This document shows, piece by piece, positions 1-13,400 of a stretch of 64,000 nt of DNA. Source of the DNA: Hypanus sabinus (Eukaryota). The notes under the pieces were generated by a model that saw only the letters and a list, made by a program, of their open reading frames with translations, did not search any database and had not been told where the DNA came from. The first letter of the stretch is position 1. Each line of letters starts with the position of its first letter. The stretch is from assembly GCF_030144855.1 (NCBI RefSeq), contig NC_082732.1:39742001-39806000 (forward strand). Direction: 5' to 3'. A program made the translations under genes and the position numbers.

Positions 1-1349
1 GTGTCCAATTTGGTTGTGTCAGTCTTAGTGGCTTTTCATAAGTTTTATTGCATTTCTTTATTTTCCAGTAAATGCCTACAAGAAAACTAATATCAAAGTA
101 GTATATAGTGACATACTATGTGCACTTTGATAATAAACTTACTTTGACTTTGATTTAACCTTACTTTATCTGTCCCACCATTGCTGGTGTAAGTGTTGCC
201 CATGCCTATTGTCCTCATTGGCTTCAGTGTGTATGGAGCCTTTAGGCTTTTTGTTAGAAATATTTCTGTTCTATGTAGAAGTCACAACTGGGGCTACTTT
301 GATCAACCATCCTGACTTTAAACTTGCATCTTGAGAACACTTTCCTTTTACTTGCAGTTAAAAGATGTACCATTTTCATATCATTCGCACCAGTTTCACC
401 CACTTGCCTCAGTCATATGAACAGCAAGGGATCCCTGACTGAAAAGAGGCCATTAGACAGAAGCAGAATTCGACTATTCAGCCCATCAAGCCTTTTGTCA
501 TTCCATCATGGGGAAGGGGGAGTGGCTAAGTTGGTACTACATCTTGCCCAAGGGTTCAAAAATTGCCCAAAATTCAAAGTTCAAAATAAACCACACTAGC
601 CCCTTTTGGCAATTTAAACAGTCTAAACATACATCTTGTTTTAGAGCTTTGTGACATTTGAGGAAACCTTGACTGCAATTTTTTGACCAGCATGTAAAGC
701 ATTTGAATTTCCTCTATCTGATTACGAAGCTTTTTCAGATAGTCAACTACAAGGATCAGCAGAGACCCAATGGCAACTAAGCTCAAAAGATAAAAGCTTT
801 AATTTACCAATAAATGGTGAACTTCACACTGTTCTCCACATCCAGTTGAATGCACCAATACATTTTTGATTTTTCTCCAGCAAGATCCAAGGGCAAAGGA
901 TAATTGAACCCAGGATATAAAGTAGAACTGAATAAATCACCTATTTACAGTTCTGAAGTGTTTGTGTACAGACCACAAACTGTCCACTGTTGCAGGTTTC
1001 AGGGACAAATCTATGTATCAAACACTCCACATTTAGACCAGTCTGCTGACCCCCTACCCAAGGTCTGCTGAAAAGGTCTGCTGAAAGTCTACTTCCCTAA
1101 TCTCCACAATCCTGTCCTTCCTGAAACACACTGGTCTCAATTAGGAAAGGAATACCTCAGCCACAAACTGGACATTTAAATCCCACCAAATCTTCCCCTT
1201 GGCAGATCCCCTCCAGTTCTACAAACTGATCAGAGCTTTAATTCCAGACTGCTAACTGCCCATTTTAACACTACTCCGCTACTGGTAACCATCATCAACT
1301 GCTGAAACAAGTGCTCTGACACACCCTTAAAAAGGAAATGAAATGGAGG

Positions 1350-1850
1350 GAAAAGGTTTAGAAAACAGAACAGCGCAGTACAACACAGTACAGGCACACA
1401 AAATTGTGCAGGGTTTTTAAATCTACTTGAAGATTAATCTAATAATTCCCTCTTACATATCCTCCATTTTTCTATGTGCCTACATAAGAATTTCTTAAGT
1501 GGTCCTAATGTGTCAGCTTCTACTACCAGTCCTGACAGGGTGTTTCATACACCCACCACTTAAAAAACAAACTATCCCTGACATGCTCCTTATACTTTCC
1601 TCCAATCACTTCTCGTATTAACCATTTCCACCCTGGGAACAAATCTCTGGCTGTCACTTCTCCTATGCCCTTCATCTTGTACACCTCTATCAAATCACCC
1701 CTCATTCTCCTTCACTCCAAAGAGAGCAACTCTCACTCAACCCATCGCCATAAGACATCCTCTCTAATGCAAGCAACATCCTGGTAAATCCCCTCTACAC
1801 CCTCTGAAGTTTCCACATCTCTCCCATAATGAAATGGCCAGAACTGATGA
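1350..1850 (-). mobile_element. CR1-type LINE 3' fragment
   Basis: MRGDLIEVYKMKG is a CR1 ORF2 C-terminal motif. Confidence 0.82.
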
Positions 1851-2000
1851 AATGATAAAACAAATGATTAAACCTTTTTCCACAATCTGTTCTTACATCC
1901 CTGATGTCAACTTGTTATGTTTAAGTATACTCCAGAGAAACAGTTGATTGTTAAATGTGTTGAATAGTTACTTTATCATTGCTCAATTCAAGCAACTATA

Positions 2001-2520
2001 CAGTGACCACTTCATTTGCATCAATGAGCATGCGTGCTGGAAATCTCAACCAATCATGTGGCAGCAATGCAATGCATAAAAGTACATAGACATGGTCAAG
2101 AGGTTCTGTCGTTCAAGATCAAACATCAGAATGGGGAAGAAATTGATCTAAGTGACTTGGACTGTTGAATGATTATTGGTGCCACACGGGGTAGTTTGAT
2201 TATCTGAGAAACTGCTGATTTCCTGGGATTTTCAAGCACAACAATCTCTAGAGTTTAGAGAATGGTGTGAAAAACAAAAAACTTCCAGTGAGTGGCAGTT
2301 CTGTGTGCCTAATCACCTTGTTAATGAGGAAGGTCAGAGGAGAATGGCCAGACTGGTTCAAGCTGACAGAAAAGGAGACTGTAACTCAAATAACCACATG
2401 CTATAACAGTGGTGTCCAGAGGAGCCACTCTGAACATGCACGTCAAACTTTCAAGTGGATGGGCAACAACAGCAGAAGACCACACTGGGTTCTACTCTGT
2501 ACCTAATCAAGTGGCCACAG
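2001..2520 (+). mobile_element. Internally deleted Tc1/mariner DNA transposon
   Basis: Degenerate TIRs cagtgaccacttcatt / aatcaagtggccacag, preceded by TA. The remnant TVTQITTCYNSGVQRSHSEHARQTFKWMGNNSRRP resembles the Tc1 transposase DNA-binding region; no catalytic domain is present. Confidence 0.8.
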
Positions 2521-3960
2521 GGAGTGTGTGCACGCAGCAGAATCTATTTCACCTTGGACACTTTCCTACAGGTGAGCAACTTTCATCTTTGAAATGCTTA
2601 AGCTTTTAACAAAAGCTGCCAAAATATACCATCAAAATAAGCAGAAGCATGTGGTTGGGGCCATCTATAGATTCTGCTTTCTATACTTTCAAACTCACAG
2701 CAGGAAAGAAACTTTATCTCAGCAAGGTTTTGGAAGAATGTTGCTGCCTCCAGAATCAGGTCATTGTGCACTTCAAAACTCGTGGGAGAAGAAAGAAAAT
2801 GAAATCAAGGTCCACTATTACTTGAGGCAGATACATTACAGACTTAAAGAGATGTTTAGACAGGCATACGAGGAAAATGGAAGGACATGGACACTGCATA
2901 GGCAGAAGGGATTAGTTTAATTGGCCATTTGATTACTAATTTAATTGGTTCGGCACAATTTTGTGGACTGAAGGGCCTGTTCCTGTGCTGTACTATTCTG
3001 TTTTCTGTGTTTAATCTACATGGACACCACCTCTCTGAATGCTGATGACATTTTGATTACTTATTATATGTATTTTCTGGATAGGCTATATTAAAAGTAC
3101 TATATCCTACAAGTTCCTAGAATAGTGGGTCTCAGCTCAAAAATGTCAAATCCTTTTCTCCCTTCTCCATAGAAGCTGCCTGATCTGCTGAGTTCCTCCT
3201 TTATGTGTGTTGCTTAGAATAGAGATACTTCATTCAAACCAGGCTGTAATTAAAAACCCAACCTGTAGAATCAAAACAAACCTAACATCCAGCTCCCACC
3301 CAGATGATTTAATAATAATAAAGTGGTGTTGGAGGCTTACCACATTGCCTGTTGACCAAGTAAAAATGGCCATATTAGAAAAAAACTGTAATCACTCAAA
3401 GTATGTCTGATTGAACATCTACTCAATCACATTTAAAATAGAATTTGCAATTGTATTTACATTGTATTAAAAAGAGCCCTGTTCTCTCGCTGCTGCCATC
3501 AGGAAAACACAGGAGCCTCAAGACCCACACCACCAGGGTCAGGAACAGATATTAACATTAACTATCAGGCTCTTGTATCAGAGGGATAACTTACCTGAAT
3601 GAATCACTGAACTATTCCTATAACCTGCAGACTCACTTTCACGGACTTTTCATCTCATGCTCTCAATACTTATTGCTCATTTATTTTTGGATTTGCACAA
3701 GTTCTCGTCTTTTGGACATTGTCTGCCCATCATGTTGGGTGTGGTCCTTCATAGATTCTATAGTTTTTTTTGTATTTGCTGTGAATTCCCATGAGAAAAT
3801 AAATCAGGGCTGGATATGGTGATGTATGTAATTTGATTTGAGAAATTTGCATTTGTAATGTGGCAGAATATTTGGAAATCAGATTATAAACATTTTTAAA
3901 AACTTACCTTTCATGAGGAAAGCTGTAAGCAAAAGGGTCTAATAATAAATTATTACTTAC

Positions 3961-4651
3961 GTTCAAGTCCGTTAATGTAGCGCAGTCGGATTTCACAGTG
4001 ACCCCAGACGGCACTTACAATGGGGTAAAGTTTTTTTCCTTTAAGTCCTCTATATGCTACTCCCAGATAATGTCCATCCACCATGTAACTCAAGGTTCCT
4101 TCATCCATGTCCAAAACTACCAGGAATGCATCAGGCACAATAAAGGTCTCATGGGGCTCCAAGAACGCTGGATAAGTCTGGCTCGGCTGATTTTTGCCGT
4201 CAAAGTATAATTTGTTGCGTCCAAGGTCCCAACCCCAAGATTCACAATTACTTCCAACAAGTGCTGTGTAACCTACAGAATGCAAAGGAGCATCTATTGT
4301 AGCAACACCAACTACTGCATGTGTCCCCCGTTGTCTCATTGCCCAAGTAATCTCCCACACATGTAGTCCTCTGGTGTATCCAACTTTGCCTCGGATACCG
4401 TCAGTACTCTGCGCCACAGGGTGCCGGTGAAATATTAACTTATCATCTTCTTTTACAAATACATTCAGTGATCGGTCATCATTGTTCCACGAGTGCAATA
4501 GCTGGACATCACAAGAAACTGGAGGCATGTCCAATAACATGTCCAGTCGAGCTGGCTTACAATAGTCAAGTCCCTGCTGCTCGTGCCGAAGAGGTCGGTA
4601 AGGATCCCGCACATCCACAGTCTTGAGTCCAACGGCAACTCTTTGCCCCAT
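3961..4651 (-). CDS. SPSB1: SPRY domain-containing SOCS box protein (SPSB1-like), first coding exon: N-terminus and whole SPRY/B30.2 domain
   Basis: ORF 3953..4651 reads [120 protein letters not shown], matching SPSB1/SPSB4 as I recall them; the N-terminus is SPSB1-like. Strong Kozak context aaccATGG. The exon ends at a phase-1 donor GAA C|GTAAGT (intron starts 3960), where GL(D/E)P runs into the SOCS-box exon. Family call is certain; paralog call is less so. Confidence 0.93.
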
Positions 4652-4777
4652 GGTTAAACGTCAAGAGCAAAAAGTCAAACAACCAAACTTTTCAACCAGG
4701 ACTTTTGATCTCCTCAACCTCAAACTTTCTCAAATTGGTCAAAGCACCAGGTGATGGTGGATATGTATCCTTACTTC
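4652..4777 (-). other. SPSB1: 5'UTR part of the SPSB coding exon, with 3' splice acceptor
   Basis: Minus strand reads tttaat (branch-like) ttgcttttgtacttCAG|gaag, with the AG at 4779-4778. The 126 nt before the start codon contain no ATG. Confidence 0.75.
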
Positions 4778-7700
4778 CTGAAGTACAAAAGCAAATTAAA
4801 AAGACGTATCAAACAGATGTTGATTGTGGGGCAAGTTGTATAGGTAATATTCAGTCAAACTAGGAAATATGGCAAAAGAGACCAAATGACAAATTGTTGA
4901 TGAAAATAACAAATAGCCGGGGCTCCAAGCATAGACTCCTGCAGTATCCCATTTCATAAAGGTTGCCCATCTAAGAAAGACTCACTTATTTACACTCTGA
5001 CTTATGCAATAGGCATTTCTCAGTGTCAAATAACTCTTCACCTACTCTGTTGATTAACCTTCAGCTTAGGACCTTAAAGTTATGAAACCCAAGTGCACCT
5101 TGACTGGTTCCTGTTAAACATGCTGTAAGGGTATATTCAAAAGAAATCCGTGGATTTTTCAAACACGAGTCATTTCATAACTCCATGCTGTATTTGCTGA
5201 AATCTTATTTTTTTGTAATTAAATCCCTCATTACAGACATTAGAACAGAAAAATACCAAGGAGTTCTCTCCCTTACAAAGTGAGCTTACATTTAAAACCT
5301 TCTAAGGAATTGCAGAATTCAGAATTTGAATGATAACTGGTGTTTACTATCCCTAAAGCCACCCCTAACAAGTGTAGCTTCTAGAATGTCTTCAGAAGTT
5401 AGATTACAATGCATTCATTTACAAGATTATTTAGAAAAATTCTTTAAACTTGAATCTTAATCCATTCTTTTGCACTACAAGACTCAGAACATAGAACAGT
5501 AAAACACAGAAACAGGCCCTTCAGCCCACAATGTTGTAATTAAATTAGTAATCCAATTGCTATCTTCCAATATCCATATCCTTCCATTTTCTTCACTCGA
5601 AACATTCCTTAAAAGTCCCTAATGTTTCTGCCTCTACCAGCACCCCAGACAATATGTTCCAGGCACCCATCACCCTCTCCCCCCAACAAAAAAAATGCCC
5701 CCCCATTTGAAATTATCCCCTCCCTCATTTTAAATGCAGGTCTTCTGGTATGAGACATTTCAATCCTTGGTTATTAATCATTGAAAGAATGACCACTTGA
5801 CCTTTACTGTATCAATCAGAATCATGATTACCCCAAGAAAACACTCCGTTTACAGTTTCCCAATTAGAACATTCCATGGTCAGCAATTTTAAAAACTTGT
5901 ATCATGCAATAAACTAGCATACCTCACATTGCTTTAATCACCACAATGCCAAAACATGCTGACAAATTCTCTGAAAGAGAAAAAAAATCACACATTATGT
6001 AATCAGTAGCAACATGAGAATCTATATAGTAGGAGTTTAATTTAATATAGTCTGCATTCCAATGCAATTTGCACACCAAATATTATCTTAAAAATAGTTT
6101 ATATGCACACTTGGAGCCAATATTGTAAAATTCACAATTCCAAGTCAAAATAAATGTTACATGGAGCTTAGAAAAATAGAGGGCTATGGGTAAGCCTAAT
6201 AATTTCTAAGGTAGGAACATGTTTGGCACAACTTTGTGGGCCGAAGGGCCTGTATTGTGCTGCAGGTTTTCTATGTTTCTATAAAGCATTACCAAAGACA
6301 GCACTGTAGAAAGTCAGAAGGACAGACTTGCCCTGTTTGCAATACCAGCAAAGAGTATTCTTAGTAAGGAAGCAATCAAGTTGGCATGACAGTGTGAATG
6401 CATATTATATATTGGGAGCAAGTCAGCATTTGACAGACACACCAATCCTTCAGAGTAGTGTGAACTATTCTCCAGTAACTACTGTGGCCAAAGCAGTTGA
6501 GGCAAAGGTATAAACAGGTATGATACACATCCTACATTTTCACCATTCTTGCACCACTTAGATTGTGGTTCAATAATCATCTATTCTTTAGGCACCATGG
6601 TAGTGCAGGAGTTAGCACAATGCTATTACAGCTTGGGGTGTTGGGAGTTCAATTCCAGCATCCTTTGTAAGGAAGTTTATTCATTCTTTCCCTGTGGGTT
6701 TCCTCTGGGTGCTCTGGTTTTCTTCCTACAGTCCAAAGATAAATGGGTTAAAACATTAATTGGTCATTGTAAGTTGCCCTGTGATTAGGCTAGGGTTAAA
6801 TAGGTGAGTTGCTGGGTGCCGCAGCTCATTGGGCTGGGAGGCTTGTTCCACACTGCATCTCTAGAAACATAAAGATTGCTTGGAAAATGAGTTTTGACAA
6901 GTGGTCAACTTCTTGTACGTGCAGCAAGAACTCCCCAGCTGCTTTTCTTGGAATGCTATTCCAACAGGCAATACTAATTTTAATAGATTAAACACTTCAT
7001 TCTCAACCACCTAGTAAATCTGAAACTTAAACTTCACACGATCCATTGTTACAAAGCATCTAAGATATTAGAAGGCACTATGAACTATGATGCACACATT
7101 TCAATATAGACAACCATAAAAGGATACAATAATGTTAATCCAAATAATCAGCCCATACATCACCTCCCAAAAATGACAGCACCAACCCCAAATACAGCCT
7201 TGGCACATGATTTTTGAATTCTATAGCTTAGCTCCTTGATACAGTTGTTTGGGAACCATTTACTAGAGAAGCAATACATCAAAAGTCATTGAGAACCAAT
7301 AAGAGCATTTGACTCAAAAGCATTTATATTTAATAGCTAGCATTCCAGAAAGGACAAACATAGGCACAACAATTCCCTGAGACTCCGCTAACTTTTTTTC
7401 TGGCATCTGAGGCCAATAGAGGCACCAGTCAACTAAGAACTTTACATTTGGAGAGTTAAAGTTGGAATGTAGATACAAGACCAGTGCAATTGACTGAATT
7501 AGAATAAAAGGCAAGCACATACATGATACAATTGTGTAGAGAAATACCATTCGGGTCAATCTCCTCTCACATTAAGCCGATTTTAAATGGCTACAACAAA
7601 GTGCCCCACTAGCATTGTTTAAGCATAAAGGGTAACATTAAACCCTAGGATGGACTGACAAAGAAAGATTAGATTTGTCACATGTACACTGAAACAGTGC

Positions 7701-8483
7701 AATGCATTGCTTTAGCATCAGCAACCAACAGTCTGTGGATGTGCTAGGGACAGCCTGTAACTATCACCTTGCCTCTGCCACCAATAAAGCATATCCACAA
7801 CTAACCCATACACCTCTCGAATGTGGGAGGACATCAGCACACCTGAAGTAAACCCGCAAGGTCGCGGGAAAACTGGACAAACTCCTTACAGCCAGCGGTA
7901 ACTGAATTTCAAAAAGTTGGTACAGTAATGAGTGATGCCAATTGCTTTGCCACTGCATTGCCCCAGTAATTTGGATGGCAGATTAGGAAAGGGTTTAGCG
8001 GTATACCAGGGAAGATGACAGAATGAGAATCAACGTTCATGGAAGAAAGGTGGTGGAGTTTGGGGGGTGGGGGGGATGTCACAGGTTGAAGTGCATTAAC
8101 TTAGGGGAAGTGAAGGCCAAGGGATTAGCACAAGAAGCTGACCACGGCTACTGTAGCCACTCAGAAAATGCCTCACAGATGACGAACGGAGGTGCTTTAC
8201 GCTGGAGATGACTGTTCTCACGTCCTCAGAGAGTGAGGGTATGGATAGGGACTCTGCTGCACTGACAACCCAAATCAAGGTAGTGATAGTATAATCAAAA
8301 TCTTATTGCCCCACAGTATCAACTAAAATTACCATGGACAAAATGTATATACTTCAGCAATTTGATTTAATTCTGACCCCAAGAGTAATTTTTTTTCTGT
8401 ACAAGCTCCATGGAGGACAGTGAAGCAACAATCTGAAAAGGAAATAAAAACTTGGAATTCTACGTTGTGCATACAGTATTTTA

Positions 8484-8868
8484 CTCCAAGAGGACCACAA
8501 CCTTGTTACAGGGTTTGGAGGCTTGTATGCCTCAAAGACCCAGAGAGCCTTGCTGGCTGGAGTCAGGCTCTGAGCTGTGGTGGGTCACCCATATCAACAG
8601 GTCAAAGGGGAGAGGCCAGACTAAGAGTGGTCCACCAGGCCTCCAGGTTCAGGGGTTCAGCTCAGGGTTAAAAACCCGTCTGGTAAAATAAAATTGCTAT
8701 GGACACAGCAATTTAGAATCCTTTGACATCTGAGTGTGACGGCATTTCTAAGTTGCTGCCTGGGACTTAAATGACTGCCAGTTGTGAAAACCAGGAGGAA
8801 GCACAGACATGAAGGAAGCCCTGAACACTGCCAGAGGTGGAGGACTCTGGTGGTGTAATGGACAACAA
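8484..8868 (+). mobile_element. Probable non-autonomous RTE-type element (5'UTR-like head)
   Basis: accttgtt..ggaggcttgtatgcctc..gacccagagagc..gggtcacccat..caggtcaaaggggagaggccagac resembles RTE 5' regions as I recall them; the family call is tentative. Confidence 0.4.
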
Positions 8869-10104
8869 TACAGTATGCTGTCTCCTGGCAACTCTAGCCA
8901 AATTTATTGTGCATTTCCACCATCCCTTCCATTCTTAAATTTACTTAAAACACTCAATTCAAATTGTAACTGAGTGGCAGTTAAAAAAATCAAAACTACA
9001 TTCTTTTAAATAAGCCATTGTGAGCCTTGGCAAGAATCCTTGCTTTAAAGCAGGAGGAATTCCCCATTTGAAAATTGAGATGCTTATAGCAACACCTAAC
9101 ATTTACATCAGGATCCCAAAATGCCTGTAGCTGTAAAAGCAATGAACACACGGCGCAAGGGGAAAATTTTCAAGAGGATGAGGGGTGATGGACACACAGG
9201 GTTGGTGAACACGTGGAATGAGCTGCTAGTAGAAGTGGTAAAAGCAGGGCCCTCACTATCAGGGACATGGTACAGGATCCTGAAGGGATACACAGCGTTT
9301 TAGGAGCTGCTATTTTTCCCTCATCCATTAGATTTCTGAACAGATCACGTACCCAGGAACACCATGTTAACTTTTTGCACTTTTAAATTGTAACTTACAG
9401 AGATTACTTATTGCACTGTACTGCTGCTGCAAAACAACAAAATACACAATATAATGTCAGTGATAATAAACCAGATTCTGATTTATAAATGGTTAAAGAT
9501 ATTGAGACAGCAAAATGGACAGGCAAATTGGGTATGGGCCAAACACAGACAAATGGGAACAGCTCAGACAGGCACCTTGGTCAGTAGGGGCAGATTGGGC
9601 CAAAGGGCCCATTTTCAAGCTGGAAAGTTCTATGATGAAATTTCTGAACTACAGATCTGCCAACAGAAAGTATGCAGCCAATATGTACAATGTTTATTGA
9701 AATCATCTGTCATACTTTCAGTGATTACTTCTCACCAGTAAATCCTCAGGCCACCACTGTGCTGTAGAGAACAAGGGGCAGCTGTGAAAGGAGGGACAAA
9801 CCAACCAACCACTGACGACAGCCACTACTTACTCTTGCCCACCCTGTACCAGAGTATGTGGATCTGGATCGGTCCCTACAGACACCTGAGGACCCGCCAA
9901 AAGACAACCCCTTTGGAGAACATGACCCACTTGATCCGTGATCCACTACCCTCCTTTCTTTCCACTGTACCCTTTACAATATTACTATAGAATGACAGGG
10001 TAACTCTATAGCATTCCACACAGAGAGCCATCTGAAGAGTTGAAGGGCAAAATAATATCAGGAAAAATACTGGAAAAAAAAGCTTACACTAACGAACAAT
10101 TTGC

Positions 10105-10425
10105 ATGTATCATTATGGTCTTTCCATATCCACAACTGTTTCTGGCAAATTTTTCTAAGGAAGTGGTTTGTCATTGCCTTCTTCCGGACGGTGTCTTCAG
10201 AAGACAGGTAACCCCAGCCAATATCAATACTCTTCAGAGATTGTCTGCCTGGATTCAGTGGTCGCATAACCAGGACTTGTGATATGCACCAGCTGCTCCC
10301 ATGGCTTCATGTCACCCTGATCGGGGTAGGGACTAAGCAGGTGCTACACTTTGCCCAAGGGTGGCCTGCGGGCTAACGAAGGGCAGGAGCAGCTTGTACC
10401 TTTGGCAGAGACACATCTCTATCCA
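10105..10425 (-). mobile_element. RTE-tail-related SINE/non-autonomous repeat
   Basis: Minus-strand agaaggcaatgacaaaccacttc resembles RTE/BovB-type 3' tails. A second copy at about 29118-29327 plus 33452-33560 (plus strand) is split by the Gypsy element. Confidence 0.6.
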
Positions 10426-13400
10426 GCTACTCTAAATTTAAATGCATTATTTTTAAAAGTAACAGAAATGTTCAAGTTGCTAATCTATTCAAAGGCAAAA
10501 ATTGCTACTACTGGCAGCATCTTTGGAGGGGCAATGCTTTTTCCAGAGCCTTGGGATCAGGATCAATTCGACTACATACAATTTCAGTTGGAACAAGAGA
10601 GTCCAGAGCATCCCATGCCAAAAAGCACAGTCTCCAAGATGGCCTGTCAAATGCTCACCTTATGACCAATTCAAGCCATTTTTCCACCATGTCTCCAACA
10701 CTATGCAAAAAAAGAACAGTGAAATCTTTCTTTTGCATCAATCCACCATGAAGTGTAACAGATGATCCCACCGTTGCTACAACACAGGCTGCAAGGTCCC
10801 ACAAGGGTCCTGAAAAATATCCTCCAAATTGACAAGGTGAACAAGAAACTTAACATCTCTGGTTTTGCCATGAATACACCTGTTGAAATTAACTATGCAT
10901 CAAGCTAATCTGATGGGCATTAACACCAGCAGCATCTGTTATCAACTGTTCTTTCAGAATTTATTTATTTTTTTAAAATTGAGAAACAGCGTGGAAAAGG
11001 CCAACCGGATCGTCAAGCCCCGTTGCCCAGCAACCCCCAATTTAAGCCTAGCCTAATCACAGGACAAGTTACAATGATCAATTAACCTACCAACTGGTAC
11101 GTCTTTGAAATGTGGAAGGAAACAGAGCACCCAGAGAAAACCCACATGGTCACAGGAAGAACATACAAACTCCTTACAGGCTGCAGAGGGAACTGAACGA
11201 GTCGCTGATATTGTAAAGCACTGTGATAACCATTTATGCTACTTCACTGGCACCCGCCCCCACCCCCCCAGATGCATTGATACAAGTTGTGTTGCAAGTC
11301 TTCCAATGTTGAACAAAAATTATTAATTGGTAGGATTAAGGGATAGCAATGATTCAGATTTGTGTTGTCATCTCAGTATTACTGGAGCAGCGGGATACAG
11401 ATATAAACAATTTGAGTGATTGCCCTTTATGACTCCATGCCTCAAAGTACTCGGCTGAAGCACTAAGCTTACACTGCCAGTGATTGTCACCCCTCTTCTA
11501 TGTTCCCCACGTGACCATATGGGTTTCCTCCAAGTGCTCCAGTTTCTTCTCACATTTCAAAGGCGTACAGATTACTGTTAGTAAGTTATGGACATGCCAT
11601 GTCGGTGCCAGAAGCACGGCCATACCCGTGGGCTACCCCAGCACATTTTGGACTGTGCTGGATGTTGATGCAAACAACACATTTCATTGTATATGCAGCC
11701 AATAAAACTCATCTTTAATCTTTAGATACTACTGAAGCTAGAAGCATTGCAATAATGTTGGTAATAATCCATGCTATGAACACAAGCTCAATATTGGAAT
11801 TGTTTTTCAAATACATGTTCAGAAGATTTGGCAACATCTTCTGATTTAAAATGGAACTGCATACCATTTGATTTGAAAATACGGAGAATGACTTAGACTG
11901 GAGACAATAGGAGGTACTCACACTCTTACTTCTGCACTTGGACCCAACAGAACTAATCTATTACAATTCTGACTAGAAGTGGTAAAAAAAGTATTGACTC
12001 ATTCTGGCCAGCCTGTTTGCCAAGTGTGCATATTACAGAGGACATTAAATCATGCACGTCATGAACGTCACGAGGAAACCTGTTGAACCACTTCATCATC
12101 AAACAGCAAGAAAACAACTTATATATAGAAAGGCCCAAGGTATTTTGGACAAGTCAAATAATGATTTGATCTCAAGCCACAGATGATAGAAAGAATCAAA
12201 GCCTTCAAAAAGGCAGCTTTCGAAAGGAGTTTCTAAAGTTAGAGAACATGTTAAAGCTGAGAAAACTGCAGCAATGAACTAAGAGGAGGTCATCATATAT
12301 GAGTGGAGAAGATTGCAGGAAGACATGGTCATGGTCAGCAATGTTTGTAAACAAGACTAAAATTCTATACAAAAGGCACTGGATTAAACTGGAAAACAGC
12401 ATTTCTATGGGAATGAGCCACAAAGCCAGGCATGTTCCATGGACAACACAAACAAAATATATAGCTCTATTTGTCACATGCTTATTCTAACAACTTCCTG
12501 CAGGCGCACCATCGAGTGTACTGTTTGGCTGCACCGTGGTATGGTACAGAAGCTGCAAAGCATTGTTCTGCAAGACCCTACAGAGGATAGTCTACTTACG
12601 ACATTTACTAGGAGTGTTGTAGCCTGAAGCATCATTGAAGATCCCTACCACCCAATCTCTGACTTACTATCATCAGGGAGGAAGTACAGCAGCATCAGGA
12701 CTAGGATTGCTAGTCTGGGTAACAGCTTCTTCCCCCAGGCTGTGAGACTATTGAATATCCTGCCACCACAGAGAACTTGTCACCAGGATAGAGACCTGTT
12801 CACTGTACTTTTTAACCTGTGCTGTACACCACATGTATTGAATTACATTTTATTAAATTATTTATTAATATTTTGTTTTGTGTGGGATATGTTTTGTGGG
12901 TGCACCATGGTCCGGTGGAACCTTGTTTCATTTGTACAGTCAGAAGACAAACTTTAACTCTGAAATTTCTAAACATACAGTAAAATGCGTCATTGCATCA
13001 AATCAGCGATGATTATGCTGGGTAGCTGGCAGCCATGTTTCCAGTACCAATACAGCATGCCACAACTCACTGACCCTAACTTGTATGCATTTGGAATGTG
13101 AGAGGGAAATGGAGGAAACCCACGTGGTCACAGGGAGAACATACAAACTCCTTTCAGACTGTGGCAGAATTGAACCCAAGTTACTGGAAGTGCAATAGCA
13201 CTACTGTACCCTCCCCAGGGGCATCTCTGAATTGAGGTCTTAAAAAGAAAAAAAAAATGGGTAGATTAATTTTTCAAGAAAGAATTGAGAATCAAGCATC
13301 AGCAAAACCCTTAGTTGAAGGCACAGTTTTACAACCCCATGACAAAGTGGGCCTCAATATTCAGCCATTCTTTCTGTCTACAGAAAGCATTTCAAACAAA

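Noticed and set aside
1-3900. SOCS-box exon of SPSB
   Set aside because: No PEPLPLMDLCR-like sequence was found; the exon presumably lies beyond the left edge of the window.
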